Below are positions 26,903-35,862 of a DNA stretch of 64,000 nucleotides, one piece after another. Within the stretch, counting starts at the first letter, position 1. Each line of letters begins with the position of its first letter. The translations under genes were made by a program, and so were the position numbers. Below the pieces are notes generated by a model, which was given only the letters and a program-made list of their open reading frames with translations, did no database searches and had not been told where the DNA came from. Source of the DNA: an uncultured delta proteobacterium (lineage in GTDB: Bacteria > Myxococcota_A > Polyangia > Haliangiales > Haliangiaceae); contig CAWKDB010000002.1 in assembly GCA_963848295.1 (NCBI GenBank), positions 320,001-384,000 of the forward strand. Reading direction: 5' to 3'.

Positions 26903-27613
26903 ATGCGGACCCTCATCGCGATCGCCCTGTTCACCGCGGCGTGCTCGAAGTCACCCAAGGAGGCTGCCCCGGCCGCCCCGACCGGGGATCCACCGCCCGC
27001 GGCCAAGACGGTCGAGGCTCGCGCTCACGCCGAGCCCGCGCTGACCGCGAACAGCTTTGACCCCGCCAGCCTGCCCCCCGCCGGCACCGCGCCGCCCCCG
27101 GTCACCGTCACCAAGGAGCTCGACTCGATGTGGACTGCCCCGATCAAGACCCTCAAGGGCGAACCGACCACGCTCGCCGCCTACAAGGGCAAAGCGCTGA
27201 TGCTCGTCAACGTCGCGTCGAAGTGCGGCAACACCCCGCAGTACGCGACGCTCGAAGCGCTGCAGAAGAAATATGAAGCGAAGGGCTTCACCGTGATCGG
27301 CTTCCCGTGCAACCAGTTCGGCGGCCAGGAGCCGGGGACCGCGGAAGAGATCCAGACGTTCTGCGCGACCAACTACGGGGTCACGTTCCCGATCATGGAG
27401 AAGATCGAGGTCAACGGCGACAAGCGTCACGAGATCTACAAGGCGCTGACGCCGATCAAGGACGCGTCGGGTCGCGACGGCGACATCCAGTGGAACTTCG
27501 AAAAGTTCGTGGTGTCGGCCGACGGCACGAAGGTCACCCGATTCTCGCCGCGCCAGAAGCCGGACGATCCGGCCGTGATCGCGGCGGTCGAAGCGGCGCT
27601 GCCGAAGTCCTAA
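26903..27613 (+). CDS. gpx: Glutathione peroxidase family protein (Cys type) with a lipoprotein signal
   Basis: LVNVASKCG, GFPCNQFGGQEPG and IQWNFEKF; N-terminal LFTAAC lipobox and Pro/Ala linker. Confidence 0.92.
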   Translation: MRTLIAIALFTAACSKSPKEAAPAAPTGDPPPAAKTVEARAHAEPALTANSFDPASLPPAGTAPPPVTVTKELDSMWTAPIKTLKGEPTTLAAYKGKALMLVNVASKCGNTPQYATLEALQKKYEAKGFTVIGFPCNQFGGQEPGTAEEIQTFCATNYGVTFPIMEKIEVNGDKRHEIYKALTPIKDASGRDGDIQWNFEKFVVSADGTKVTRFSPRQKPDDPAVIAAVEAALPKS

Positions 27614-27616
27614 GTA

Positions 27617-27672
27617 CGTTGACGTTGACCTGAACGTGAACCTGAACCCCACCGTCGACGCTGTCGTTGACC
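27617..27672 (+). repeat. Hexamer-periodic dispersed repeat, copy B (just after the gpx stop)
   Basis: GTTGAC GTTGAC CTGAAC GTGAAC CTGAAC CCCACC GTCGAC GCTGTC GTTGAC. Confidence 0.85.
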
Positions 27673-28052
27673 GATCGCGAGTTGTCCGCGCCCGCGCGTT
27701 ACGAGCGAGCCATCAGCTCGTCGTGACGGCCTCAGAGCGCTGTCGACTAAATCGCCGATTTGATGTTCTCATTGTCGCAGAACCAACCATCCTGACCGCG
27801 ACCATCGTGGTGGGTGGTCTCGTCTACTATGGGCTCTTCGGCCGTGAGCCGATGGATCGGTCGAAGCCAAGCAACAACGACCACTCGCCGTGCGATCATG
27901 ATGAGCATCGAAACGACGAGCCGCCAGTATTCGAACCGTCTTGCTACGCGAATGGCCGTGCGGGCATGTGCATCAGCATTAGCCGTTGCGAGGGCGCCCA
28001 CGTTGCCGGGTTCTGTGAAGGGCCACCGGAGATCCAGTGCTGCGTCCGCTAA
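27636..28052 (+). CDS. Small hypothetical protein with one hydrophobic segment and a C-terminal 6-Cys module; true start probably downstream of the repeat
   Basis: CYANGRAGMCISISRCEGAHVAGFCEGPPEIQCC; codon usage visibly less GC-biased than neighbours. Confidence 0.45.
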   Translation: MNLNPTVDAVVDRSRVVRARALRASHQLVVTASERCRLNRRFDVLIVAEPTILTATIVVGGLVYYGLFGREPMDRSKPSNNDHSPCDHDEHRNDEPPVFEPSCYANGRAGMCISISRCEGAHVAGFCEGPPEIQCCVR

Positions 28053-28072
28053 ACGCCCCGAAAGCGGGCCGT

Positions 28073-28134
28073 GTCGAGGTCAAGGTCGACGTTTTTCGTT
28101 CACGTTCAAGTTCACGTCGACGTCAAGGTCAACG
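28073..28134 (-). repeat. Hexamer-periodic dispersed repeat, copy C (just after the queD stop; inverted relative to copy B)
   Basis: Minus strand reads GTTGAC CTTGAC GTCGAC GTGAAC TTGAAC GTGAAC GAAAAAC GTCGAC CTTGAC CTCGAC. Confidence 0.8.
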
Positions 28135-28136
28135 CT

Positions 28137-28499
28137 TTACGCGCCGCGGTAGATGCAGCGCGACGTCGGCGTCTCCGACACCACGACCTCCGCGAGATCG
28201 GGCAGCGTCGCGTGCAGGCGCTGCCACCACCACGCGGCGAGCAGCTCGCTCGTCGGGTTGTCGAGGCCGGGCAGCTCGTTGAGCACGTGGTGATCGAGCT
28301 CGCGGACGAGCGGCAGCGCGCGCTCGTCGATCGCAGCGAAGTCGACCAACCAGCCGAGCTCGCGATCGACCTCGCCTTCGATCGCGACCGTGATCTCGTA
28401 GCTGTGGCCGTGCATCCGCGCGCACTTGTGGCCGGGCGGCACTTTCGCCAAAAAGTGCGCCGCTTCGAACCGATAGTTGCGCTCGAGGCGCGTCCGCAT
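28137..28499 (-). CDS. queD: 6-carboxy-5,6,7,8-tetrahydropterin synthase
   Basis: FEAAH, C...HGHSY, LVDF, LDH..LN, NPTSE and ETPTS. Confidence 0.95.
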   Translation of the reverse strand: MRTRLERNYRFEAAHFLAKVPPGHKCARMHGHSYEITVAIEGEVDRELGWLVDFAAIDERALPLVRELDHHVLNELPGLDNPTSELLAAWWWQRLHATLPDLAEVVVSETPTSRCIYRGA

Positions 28500-28595
28500 C
28501 GCCGGCTTTGTAGCACGGAGGCCGAGCGCGAGGCGCGTTGCCCCTACTTGCGGGAATCTTCCCTGCTGCCGTCGGCATCGGTATAGATTCCGACC

Positions 28596-29993
28596 ATGAG
28601 GCGGATCTGGCTCGGATTCATCGCGGTCGCGGCCTGCAAGGGCGCGCCGGCCGCTCCACCCGACGCGGCGTTACCGGCCTGGGACCCAACCTTGCCCGAC
28701 GCGAGCGTGATGGGTGTGCGCCGCGGCCTGACTCCGGCGCGCGGCATCATCCACTTGCACTCGCCGTACTCGTGGGATGCGTGCGATCAGAATCCGCAGC
28801 CGATGGGCGTGGTCAACGAGCCGTGTCTCCAGGATCTGCGCGCCGCGCTGTGCACCGACAAGATCGACTTCGCCGCGCTCACCGATCACAACGACTCGAT
28901 GTCGCAACAGGACCTCCCGACCCTGTTCAACATGCGCGACGGCGACGTCGCGCTGTACGATGCGGAGCAGGAACAGAACGGCTCGCGGATCACGTGCGAC
29001 GACGGCCACCAGGTGCTGTTGACCGTCGGCACCGAGAACACGTTGATGCCGATCATGCTCGATCGCCACGTCCCGGGCACGGTCGCCGATCGTCAGGCGA
29101 TCTACACCGCGGACACCGCCGATGCGGTCGCCGCGTTTCATGCCGCCGGTGGCCTCGCGTGGATCGCCCACACCGAGCAACACGACATCAGCGAGCTGCG
29201 CGCCGTGGTTCCGGACGGCATCGAGGTCTACAACCTCCACGCGAACATCGATCCGAAGATCCGCGGCCCGTACCTCGGGCTCGATCCCGATGGGGCGATC
29301 GACGCGGCGGTGAACTTCGTCGATTCGAGCAGCGGTCATCCCGAACCCGATCTCGCGCTGCTGTCGTTCTTGACGGTCGCCCAGCCCGACATCGATCGCT
29401 GGAACCTGTTGCTCGGCGACGGCCGGCACGTCCCGGTCACCGTCGGTTCGGACGCTCACGAGAACGCGATTCCGATCATCTTCCCCGATGGCGAGCGCGG
29501 CGATTCGTACCGCCGCGTGCTGCGCTGGTTCGCGAACGACGTGCTCGTCGCCGATCCGCACGACCCGGCGCAGATCAAGGCCGCGCTGCGAGCGGGCCAG
29601 ATGTACGCCGCGTTCGAGATCATGGGCACGCCGGCGGGGTTCGATGTCTACGCGACGACCGCGGCTGGAGCGACCGTCGAGCTCGGCGGTCAGCTCGCGG
29701 TGGCCGATGCCGGGACGCTCACGGTCGACGTGCCGACCGTGTTCGATCTCGACCCGTCCTTGCCCGCGCCCGAGATCCACGCGTCGATCATCCACGTCGA
29801 CGCGAGCGGCGCGACCGTGATCGCGACCGGCGACGGCCCCACGCTCACCGCGCCGATGTCGGCGGCTGGGGCATATCGGGTCGAGATCTCGATCGTCCCG
29901 AATCACCTCGGCCCGTACCTCCACGACCTCGGCCCCATGTATGCACAGCAGGAGCTACCATGGATCTACGCGAGCCCGATCTACGTGCAATAG
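28596..29993 (+). CDS. PHP-domain metallohydrolase lipoprotein
   Basis: AVAAC lipobox; HLHS..S.D, ALTDHN, IAH, GIEVYN and GSDAH. Confidence 0.75.
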   Translation: MRRIWLGFIAVAACKGAPAAPPDAALPAWDPTLPDASVMGVRRGLTPARGIIHLHSPYSWDACDQNPQPMGVVNEPCLQDLRAALCTDKIDFAALTDHNDSMSQQDLPTLFNMRDGDVALYDAEQEQNGSRITCDDGHQVLLTVGTENTLMPIMLDRHVPGTVADRQAIYTADTADAVAAFHAAGGLAWIAHTEQHDISELRAVVPDGIEVYNLHANIDPKIRGPYLGLDPDGAIDAAVNFVDSSSGHPEPDLALLSFLTVAQPDIDRWNLLLGDGRHVPVTVGSDAHENAIPIIFPDGERGDSYRRVLRWFANDVLVADPHDPAQIKAALRAGQMYAAFEIMGTPAGFDVYATTAAGATVELGGQLAVADAGTLTVDVPTVFDLDPSLPAPEIHASIIHVDASGATVIATGDGPTLTAPMSAAGAYRVEISIVPNHLGPYLHDLGPMYAQQELPWIYASPIYVQ

Positions 29994-30019
29994 CGGAGTT
30001 CGCCCGTTCGAGGTCTGGC

Positions 30020-30529
30020 ATGAGTGTCACATTGTGGACGCTTGTTCTCACCGCGGGCGCCGCGCTCGCGGGGTGTGACCCGACTTATTCGAGCGGCGGT
30101 GGCGGTGGCGGCGGCGGGGTCGGCGGCTGGGGCAGCGGCCCCGGTGGCGGTGGCGGCAGTGACGGGTTCGGCTGCGAGCAGGACAGCGATTGCGGAGGCG
30201 GCACCACGGTGTGCGCCCGCGATGGCGAGTGCCTCGATTCGTCCCAGGTGGTCGAGGTCCACGTCAGCTGGACGATCAGCGGCGCTCCCGCGAGCTCCGC
30301 AACGTGTTCGAGCTCGCCCGACCTCCAGCTGTCGTTCCTGTCGGATGACGGCAACGAGGACGGCGAGTTCGGCTTCGCGCCGGTGCCGTGCGTCGAGGGC
30401 AAGTTCACCATCGACAAGCTGCCGAGCTGGTACACCGAGGTCCAGCTCTCGCGCGACAACGACGATGACCCCGGTGCCACGGCCAGGATCGACGGCAGCG
30501 GCAACGCGGCGATCGACCTGCCATACTGA
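30020..30529 (+). CDS. Cys-rich lipoprotein (paralog 1 of a tandem pair)
   Basis: LAGC lipobox; C..DSDC...VCARD, WTISGAP and PVPCVEGKFTIDKLP. Confidence 0.7.
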   Translation: MSVTLWTLVLTAGAALAGCDPTYSSGGGGGGGGVGGWGSGPGGGGGSDGFGCEQDSDCGGGTTVCARDGECLDSSQVVEVHVSWTISGAPASSATCSSSPDLQLSFLSDDGNEDGEFGFAPVPCVEGKFTIDKLPSWYTEVQLSRDNDDDPGATARIDGSGNAAIDLPY

Positions 30530-30533
30530 CCGC

Positions 30534-30926
30534 ATGCGCACGGCCTGGTTGATCGCGCTCGTCGGGTGTGGCGGTGGTGCGCCGACCTGCTCGACCGACA
30601 GCGACTGCTCCGGCCAAGTCTGCGCGCGCGACGAGCAGTGCTATCCGGCAGCGCAGATTCGATCGGTCGTGATCAACTGGACGGTATCGGGCGCACCGCC
30701 GACCGCGTCGAGCTGCGCGGCGATCCCGAACCTCGTGCTCGAGCTCGACACCAGCGATCTGTCCACCGGGTTCGAGTTCGAGCCCGTGCCGTGCATCGAG
30801 GGCAAGTTCACGCTCGACAAGCTGCCGACGATCTACACCGAGGTCGATCTCGGCGTCGAAGGCGACTTCTCGCAGAGCGAGCGGATCGGCAGCGACAACA
30901 CGGTCAGCTTCGATCTCACCCCGTAG
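30534..30926 (+). CDS. Cys-rich lipoprotein (paralog 2 of a tandem pair)
   Basis: LVGC lipobox; C..DSDC..QVCARD, WTVSGAP and PVPCIEGKFTLDKLP. Confidence 0.7.
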   Translation: MRTAWLIALVGCGGGAPTCSTDSDCSGQVCARDEQCYPAAQIRSVVINWTVSGAPPTASSCAAIPNLVLELDTSDLSTGFEFEPVPCIEGKFTLDKLPTIYTEVDLGVEGDFSQSERIGSDNTVSFDLTP

Positions 30927-30994
30927 GTTTGGCCATAAGTTTGGCCAGAGTTTGGTCGCAGGGGATTTGCCGCTCGCGGCGCAGCCGGTATGGT
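30927..30994 (+). promoter_or_regulatory. Putative pdh promoter with three upstream GTTTGG direct repeats
   Basis: GTTTGGCCA at 30927 and 30939, GTTTGGTCG at 30950; TTGCCG at 30967; TATGGT at 30989, 7 nt before an in-frame GTG. Confidence 0.5.
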
Positions 30995-31001
30995 CGGGCC
31001 C

Positions 31002-32024
31002 GTGGCCACCGCGTCCATGACGACTCCCGACTCCGTCCGCGTCGAAGACGACGATCCGTCGATCACGACGACCGCCGAAGAGCTCGCGCCGCTGTACCGC
31101 CAGATGCTCGCGATCCGGCGCATGGAAGAAGCGTCGGCCAAGGCGTACTCGCAAGGCAAGATCGGCGGATTCCTGCACCTGATCATCGGCCAGGAGGCGG
31201 TGTGCGTCGGCGCGATCGCGGCGCTCGAACAGAAAGATTACGTCGTCGCGACGTACCGCGAGCACGGCCACGCGTACGCGAAGGGCGTCGCGTCGCGCGC
31301 GATCCTCGCCGAGCTCTACGGCAAGAAGACCGGCCTGGTGAAGGGCCTCGGCGGCTCGATGCACCTGTTCTCGAAGGACCACAACTTCCTCGGCGGCTAC
31401 GGCATCGTCGGCGGTCACGTGCCGATCGCGGCGGGCGCGGCGTTCGCTTCGAAGTATCGCGGCGATGGCCGGGTCACGCTGTGCTTCTTCGGCGAGGGCG
31501 CGTCGACGATCGGCGGGTTCGCGGAGGGCCTCGCGCTCGCGGCGCTGTGGAAGCTGCCGGTCGTGCTGATCTGCGAGAACAACCAGTATTCGATGGGCAC
31601 GCCGACCTATCGCTCGCTCGCCGTCGAGGATGTCTCGCTGCGCGCGATCGCGCACGGCATGGCGCGCGATCGGTTCGACGGCGACGATGTGATCAAGGTC
31701 AAGCGCCGAGTCGCCGAGGCGGTCGAGCGGGCGCGCACGACCGGCGAGCCGACGCTGGTCGAGGTCGTGACCTATCGATTCCGCGGTCACTCGATGAGCG
31801 ATCCGGGTCTGTATCGCACGAAGGACGAAGTCGAAGAGTGGAAGCGCCGCGATCCGCTCAACCGCTGCCGCGCGCGCCTCGTCGAGCTCGGTGTTGGCGA
31901 ACCAGAGCTCGGCAAGCTCGAGGACGACGTCAAAGCCGAGATCGAGGACGCGGTGAAGTTCGCCGAAGACTCGCCGGCCGCCGACGAGTATCTCCCGTAC
32001 GTGGTGAAGGCCGAAGGGAGATAG
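31002..32024 (+). CDS. pdhA: Pyruvate dehydrogenase E1 alpha (start at 30990, 31002 or 31017)
   Basis: KIGGFLHL..GQEA, YREHGH, GGSMH, FFGEGA, CENNQY and TYRFRGHSMSDP. Confidence 0.93.
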   Translation: MATASMTTPDSVRVEDDDPSITTTAEELAPLYRQMLAIRRMEEASAKAYSQGKIGGFLHLIIGQEAVCVGAIAALEQKDYVVATYREHGHAYAKGVASRAILAELYGKKTGLVKGLGGSMHLFSKDHNFLGGYGIVGGHVPIAAGAAFASKYRGDGRVTLCFFGEGASTIGGFAEGLALAALWKLPVVLICENNQYSMGTPTYRSLAVEDVSLRAIAHGMARDRFDGDDVIKVKRRVAEAVERARTTGEPTLVEVVTYRFRGHSMSDPGLYRTKDEVEEWKRRDPLNRCRARLVELGVGEPELGKLEDDVKAEIEDAVKFAEDSPAADEYLPYVVKAEGR

Positions 32025-32027
32025 CCC

Positions 32028-33011
32028 GTGGCGGTCATCAGCTATCGAGAGGCGCTCAATCAAGCGATGCGCGAGGAGATGGAGCGCGACGAGAGCGTGT
32101 TCATCATGGGCGAAGAGGTCGGCCACTACAACGGCGCGTACAAAGTGACCCAAGGCTTGCTCCAGCGGTTCAGCGAGCGCCGCATCATCGACGCACCGAT
32201 CGCGGAGATGGGGTTCGCCGGCATCGGCGTCGGCGCCGCGATGGTCGGCTTGCGGCCGATCATCGAGTTCATGACCTTCAACTTCTCGCTCGTCGCGATC
32301 GATCAGATCGTGAACAATGCGGCGAAGATCTTTCAGATGAGCGGCGGGCAATACAACGTGCCGATCGTGTTCCGCGGTCCGGGTGGCCCGGCGGTGCAAG
32401 TCGGCTCGCAGCACAGCCAAGCACTCGAGAGCCTGTACGCGCACATCCCGGGCTTGAAGGTCGTGATGCCGTCCACCGCCTACGACGCGAAGGGTCTGTT
32501 GAAGACCGCGATTCGCGATGACAACCCGGTCGTGTTCATCGAGGGCGAGACGCTCTACAACACGACGTGGGAAGTGCCCGACGGCGGTGAGCACCTGATC
32601 GCGATCGGCAAGGCCGACATCAAGCGCGAAGGCAAGGACATCACGTTGATCGCGTGGTCGAAGATGGTGTGGACGTGCCTCGAAGCGGCGAAGTTGCTCG
32701 CGGCCGACGGCATCGAGGCCGAGGTCGTCGATCCGCGCACGTTGCGCCCGCTCGATGTCGAGACCCTCGCGGCGAGCGTTCAGAAGACCGGGCGCTGCGT
32801 GATCGTCGAGATCGGCTGGCCGGTCGCCGGGTTCGGCGCCGAGGTCGCGTATCAGATCCAGCGCCACTGCATGGACGCGCTCGACGCGCCGATCGAACGC
32901 GTCACGAGCGATGACGTGCCGATGCCGTACGCCAAGAACCTCGAGGATGAGGTTCAGCCCCAGCCCGCGGATGTCGTCGCCGCGGTTCGCCGCGCGTTGT
33001 ACTTGGATTAG
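32028..33011 (+). CDS. pdhB: Pyruvate dehydrogenase E1 beta
   Basis: GEEVG.YNGAYKVT, D.PIAEMGF, EFMTFNF and QHSQ. Confidence 0.95.
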   Translation: MAVISYREALNQAMREEMERDESVFIMGEEVGHYNGAYKVTQGLLQRFSERRIIDAPIAEMGFAGIGVGAAMVGLRPIIEFMTFNFSLVAIDQIVNNAAKIFQMSGGQYNVPIVFRGPGGPAVQVGSQHSQALESLYAHIPGLKVVMPSTAYDAKGLLKTAIRDDNPVVFIEGETLYNTTWEVPDGGEHLIAIGKADIKREGKDITLIAWSKMVWTCLEAAKLLAADGIEAEVVDPRTLRPLDVETLAASVQKTGRCVIVEIGWPVAGFGAEVAYQIQRHCMDALDAPIERVTSDDVPMPYAKNLEDEVQPQPADVVAAVRRALYLD

Positions 33012-33013
33012 CC

Positions 33014-34417
33014 ATGGCCCAGATCTTAGGACTGCCGAAACTGTCGCCGACGATGGAAGAAGGCGTGCTCGTGCGCTGGACCAAGCACGAGGGCGACAAG
33101 GTCGCGCCCGGCGACTTGATCGCCGAGGTCGAGACCGACAAAGCGAACATGGACTTCAACGTCGAAGACGAGGGCGTGTTGTTGAAGCTGCTCGTCAAGG
33201 AAGGCGACACGGTCAAGCTCGGCGCGCCGGTCGCGATCATCGGCAAGGCCGGAGAAGACGTTTCGGCCCTCGTCGCGGAAGCGGCGAAGCAGGGTGGCGG
33301 AGCGGCGGCCCCGGCTGGGAAAGCGGCACCGGCGGCGGCGGCGGCTCCGGCGGCGGCGAAACCGGTAGCGGCGCCGAAACCGGCAGCGGCGCCGGCACCC
33401 GCACCGGCGGCGAAAGCGGCACCGGGTCCGGCAGCGAAATCGCCTACGCCTACGCCTACGCCTACGCCTAAGTTGCTGGCATCGCCGCTGGCGAAGACGC
33501 TGGCGATCGAGCTGGGAATCGATCTGCGCACGATCACTGGCAGTGGACCGGGCGGGCGCATCGTCGAGCGCGATGTCAAAGCCGCCGCCGGCGGAACGAA
33601 TGGCAAGGCGCAGGACGAAGCGAGCGGCGACGCGAGCGATGATACCGAGCCGACGCACCCGACCAACGCACTCGCGGTGCGCAGCGCGCGCCAGATGCGA
33701 CCGGAGAGCGACGACGACTACACCGACGTCGTCGCCTCGAACATGCGCAAGCGGATCGCGATGCGGCTGACCGAGGCCAAGCGCGATGTTCCGCACTTCT
33801 ACTTGATGCGCCAGCTCGATGCCGCGCCGATGCTCGGGTTTCGCGAGCGACTCAACGCGCTGCTCGGCGACCGAGGTAAAGTCTCGGTCAACGACCTCGC
33901 GATCAAGGCGGTCGCGCTCGCGCTGCGTCGCGTGCCGGAGTGCAACGCGAGCTGGGAGCCCGGCGATGGCACCGGACCGGCGGCGATTCGCCATCATCAT
34001 CGCGTCAACATCGGCGTTGCGGTCGCGATCGAAGATGGGCTCGTCACGCCGGTCGTGTTCGACGCCGATCAAAAAGGCATCGGCTCGATCGCCGCCGAGG
34101 TTCGCGACCTCGCCGAGCGCGCGAAGTCGCGACGGCTCAAGGGCCACGAGATCACCGGCTCCACGTTCTCGGTGTCGAACCTCGGGATGTTCGGCATCGA
34201 GCGATTCACCGCGATCATCAACCCGCCCGAGGGCGGCATCCTCGCGATCGGCACCGTCGTCGACACGCCGGTCGTCGCGAACGGCCAGGTCGTCGCCGGC
34301 AAACGGCTGACCGTCACGATGTCGTGCGACCACCGCGTGATCGATGGCGCGCTCGGGGCGCGTTGGCTCGCCGCGTTCGTCGACTTGATCGAGCACCCCG
34401 AGTCGCTCGCGCTGTGA
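33014..34417 (+). CDS. pdhC: Dihydrolipoamide acetyltransferase (E2 of pyruvate dehydrogenase)
   Basis: PKLSPTMEEG, EVETDKA, intact PSBD (ASPLAK...GSGPGGRIVERDV) and CDHRVIDGA. Confidence 0.95.
   Translation: MAQILGLPKLSPTMEEGVLVRWTKHEGDKVAPGDLIAEVETDKANMDFNVEDEGVLLKLLVKEGDTVKLGAPVAIIGKAGEDVSALVAEAAKQGGGAAAPAGKAAPAAAAAPAAAKPVAAPKPAAAPAPAPAAKAAPGPAAKSPTPTPTPTPKLLASPLAKTLAIELGIDLRTITGSGPGGRIVERDVKAAAGGTNGKAQDEASGDASDDTEPTHPTNALAVRSARQMRPESDDDYTDVVASNMRKRIAMRLTEAKRDVPHFYLMRQLDAAPMLGFRERLNALLGDRGKVSVNDLAIKAVALALRRVPECNASWEPGDGTGPAAIRHHHRVNIGVAVAIEDGLVTPVVFDADQKGIGSIAAEVRDLAERAKSRRLKGHEITGSTFSVSNLGMFGIERFTAIINPPEGGILAIGTVVDTPVVANGQVVAGKRLTVTMSCDHRVIDGALGARWLAAFVDLIEHPESLAL
33443..33470. repeat. 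(CCTACG)4.7 tandem repeat encoding Pro-Thr in the PdhC linker
   Basis: Directly visible in the sequence. Confidence 0.9.
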
Positions 34418-35817
34418 GTGACGACGCGCCATACGACGTCGTCGTCATCGGGTCGGGCCCGGGCGGCTACGTCGCCGCGATCCGCTGCGCGCAGCTCGGC
34501 TTGCGCACCGCCTGCGTCGAGCGCGCCGAGCTCGGCGGCATCTGCCTGAACTGGGGCTGCATCCCGACCAAGGCGCTGCTCAAGAGCGCCGAGATCCTCG
34601 ACCACGCCCGGCGCGCGGCCGAGTTCGGTATCGTGATCGACAGCGCGCGCCCCGACTTTCCGGCGATCATCAAGCGCAGCCGCGACATCGCCGACAAGAT
34701 CAGCAAGGGCGTCGGCTTTCTGTTTCGCAAGAACAAGATCGACACGATCGTCGGCACCGCGAAGCTGCTGCCGCGCACGCAGACGTGGAAGCCGCACCAG
34801 CTGCAAGTCGGCGACCGCACGGTCGAGGCCAAGCACGTCATCATCGCGACCGGCGCGCGCGCGAGGTCGCTGCCGGGCATCGAGCTCGATGGCGAACGGA
34901 TCGTCGAGTACCGCAAGGCGATGACGCTGCCGACGCTGCCGAAGTCGCTCGTCGTGCTCGGTTCCGGCGCGATCGGCGTCGAGTTCGCGTCGTTCTATCG
35001 CTCGCTCGGCACCGAGGTCACGATCGTCGAGTTCCTGCCTCGGCTCGTGCCGAACGAGGACGCCGAGGTCTCGAAGGAGCTCGCGCGCGCGTTCGACAAG
35101 CGCGGCATCAAGGCGCTGGTCGGTCACAAGCTGACCGCCGCGACGCGCACCGGCGGCGGCGTCACGGTCACCGCCGAGCCCGCGCAAGGCGGCGCCGCGG
35201 TCACGCTCACCGCCGACGTGCTGCTCGTCGCGGTCGGCATCCAGGCGAACATCGAGAACCTCGGGCTCGACGCACACGGCATCGCGCTCGAGCGCGGCTT
35301 CATCAAGGTCGACGCCAACTGCAACTGCGGCGAAGGCCTGTGGGCGATCGGCGATGTCGCCGGCCGCGGCTTGGCCCACGTCGCATCCGCCGAGGGCGTG
35401 TTCGTGGCCGAGAAGATCGCCGGCGTTCACGCCGAGCCGGTTCACTACGAGTCGATTCCGGCGTGCACGTACTGTCACCCGGAGATCGCGTCGCTCGGGC
35501 TGACCGAGGACAAGGCGAAGGCGCAGGACATCCCGGTCAAGGTCGGCCGGTTTCCGTGGCGCCCCCTCGGCCGCGCGATGGCCTCGGGCGAGACCACCGG
35601 CTTCGTCAAGGTCATGTGGCACGCCGAGACCGGCGCGCTCGTCGGTGCGCACCTGATCGGGCCCGCGGTCACCGACTTGATCGCCGAGCTCACGCTCGCG
35701 AAGACGACCGAGGTCAACGCAGAGTCGCTGATGTACACGATCCACGCGCATCCGACGTTCGCCGAGGCGATCAAGGGTGCGACCGAGCAGGCGTACGGCA
35801 TCGCGATCGACTTGTAA
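34414..35817 (+). CDS. lpdA: Dihydrolipoamide dehydrogenase (E3)
   Basis: GSGPGGY, GGICLNWGCIPTK, GSGAIG and HAHPTFAE. GTG overlaps the pdhC stop. Confidence 0.96.
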   Translation: MSDDAPYDVVVIGSGPGGYVAAIRCAQLGLRTACVERAELGGICLNWGCIPTKALLKSAEILDHARRAAEFGIVIDSARPDFPAIIKRSRDIADKISKGVGFLFRKNKIDTIVGTAKLLPRTQTWKPHQLQVGDRTVEAKHVIIATGARARSLPGIELDGERIVEYRKAMTLPTLPKSLVVLGSGAIGVEFASFYRSLGTEVTIVEFLPRLVPNEDAEVSKELARAFDKRGIKALVGHKLTAATRTGGGVTVTAEPAQGGAAVTLTADVLLVAVGIQANIENLGLDAHGIALERGFIKVDANCNCGEGLWAIGDVAGRGLAHVASAEGVFVAEKIAGVHAEPVHYESIPACTYCHPEIASLGLTEDKAKAQDIPVKVGRFPWRPLGRAMASGETTGFVKVMWHAETGALVGAHLIGPAVTDLIAELTLAKTTEVNAESLMYTIHAHPTFAEAIKGATEQAYGIAIDL

Positions 35818-35862
35818 CGTCGCGCCGCGCCAACCGGCGAGGCGACGTGGCACGATGGATCG

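Noticed and set aside
27200..27240. Selenocysteine in the glutathione peroxidase
   Set aside because: The active-site codon is TGC (Cys); there is no in-frame TGA.
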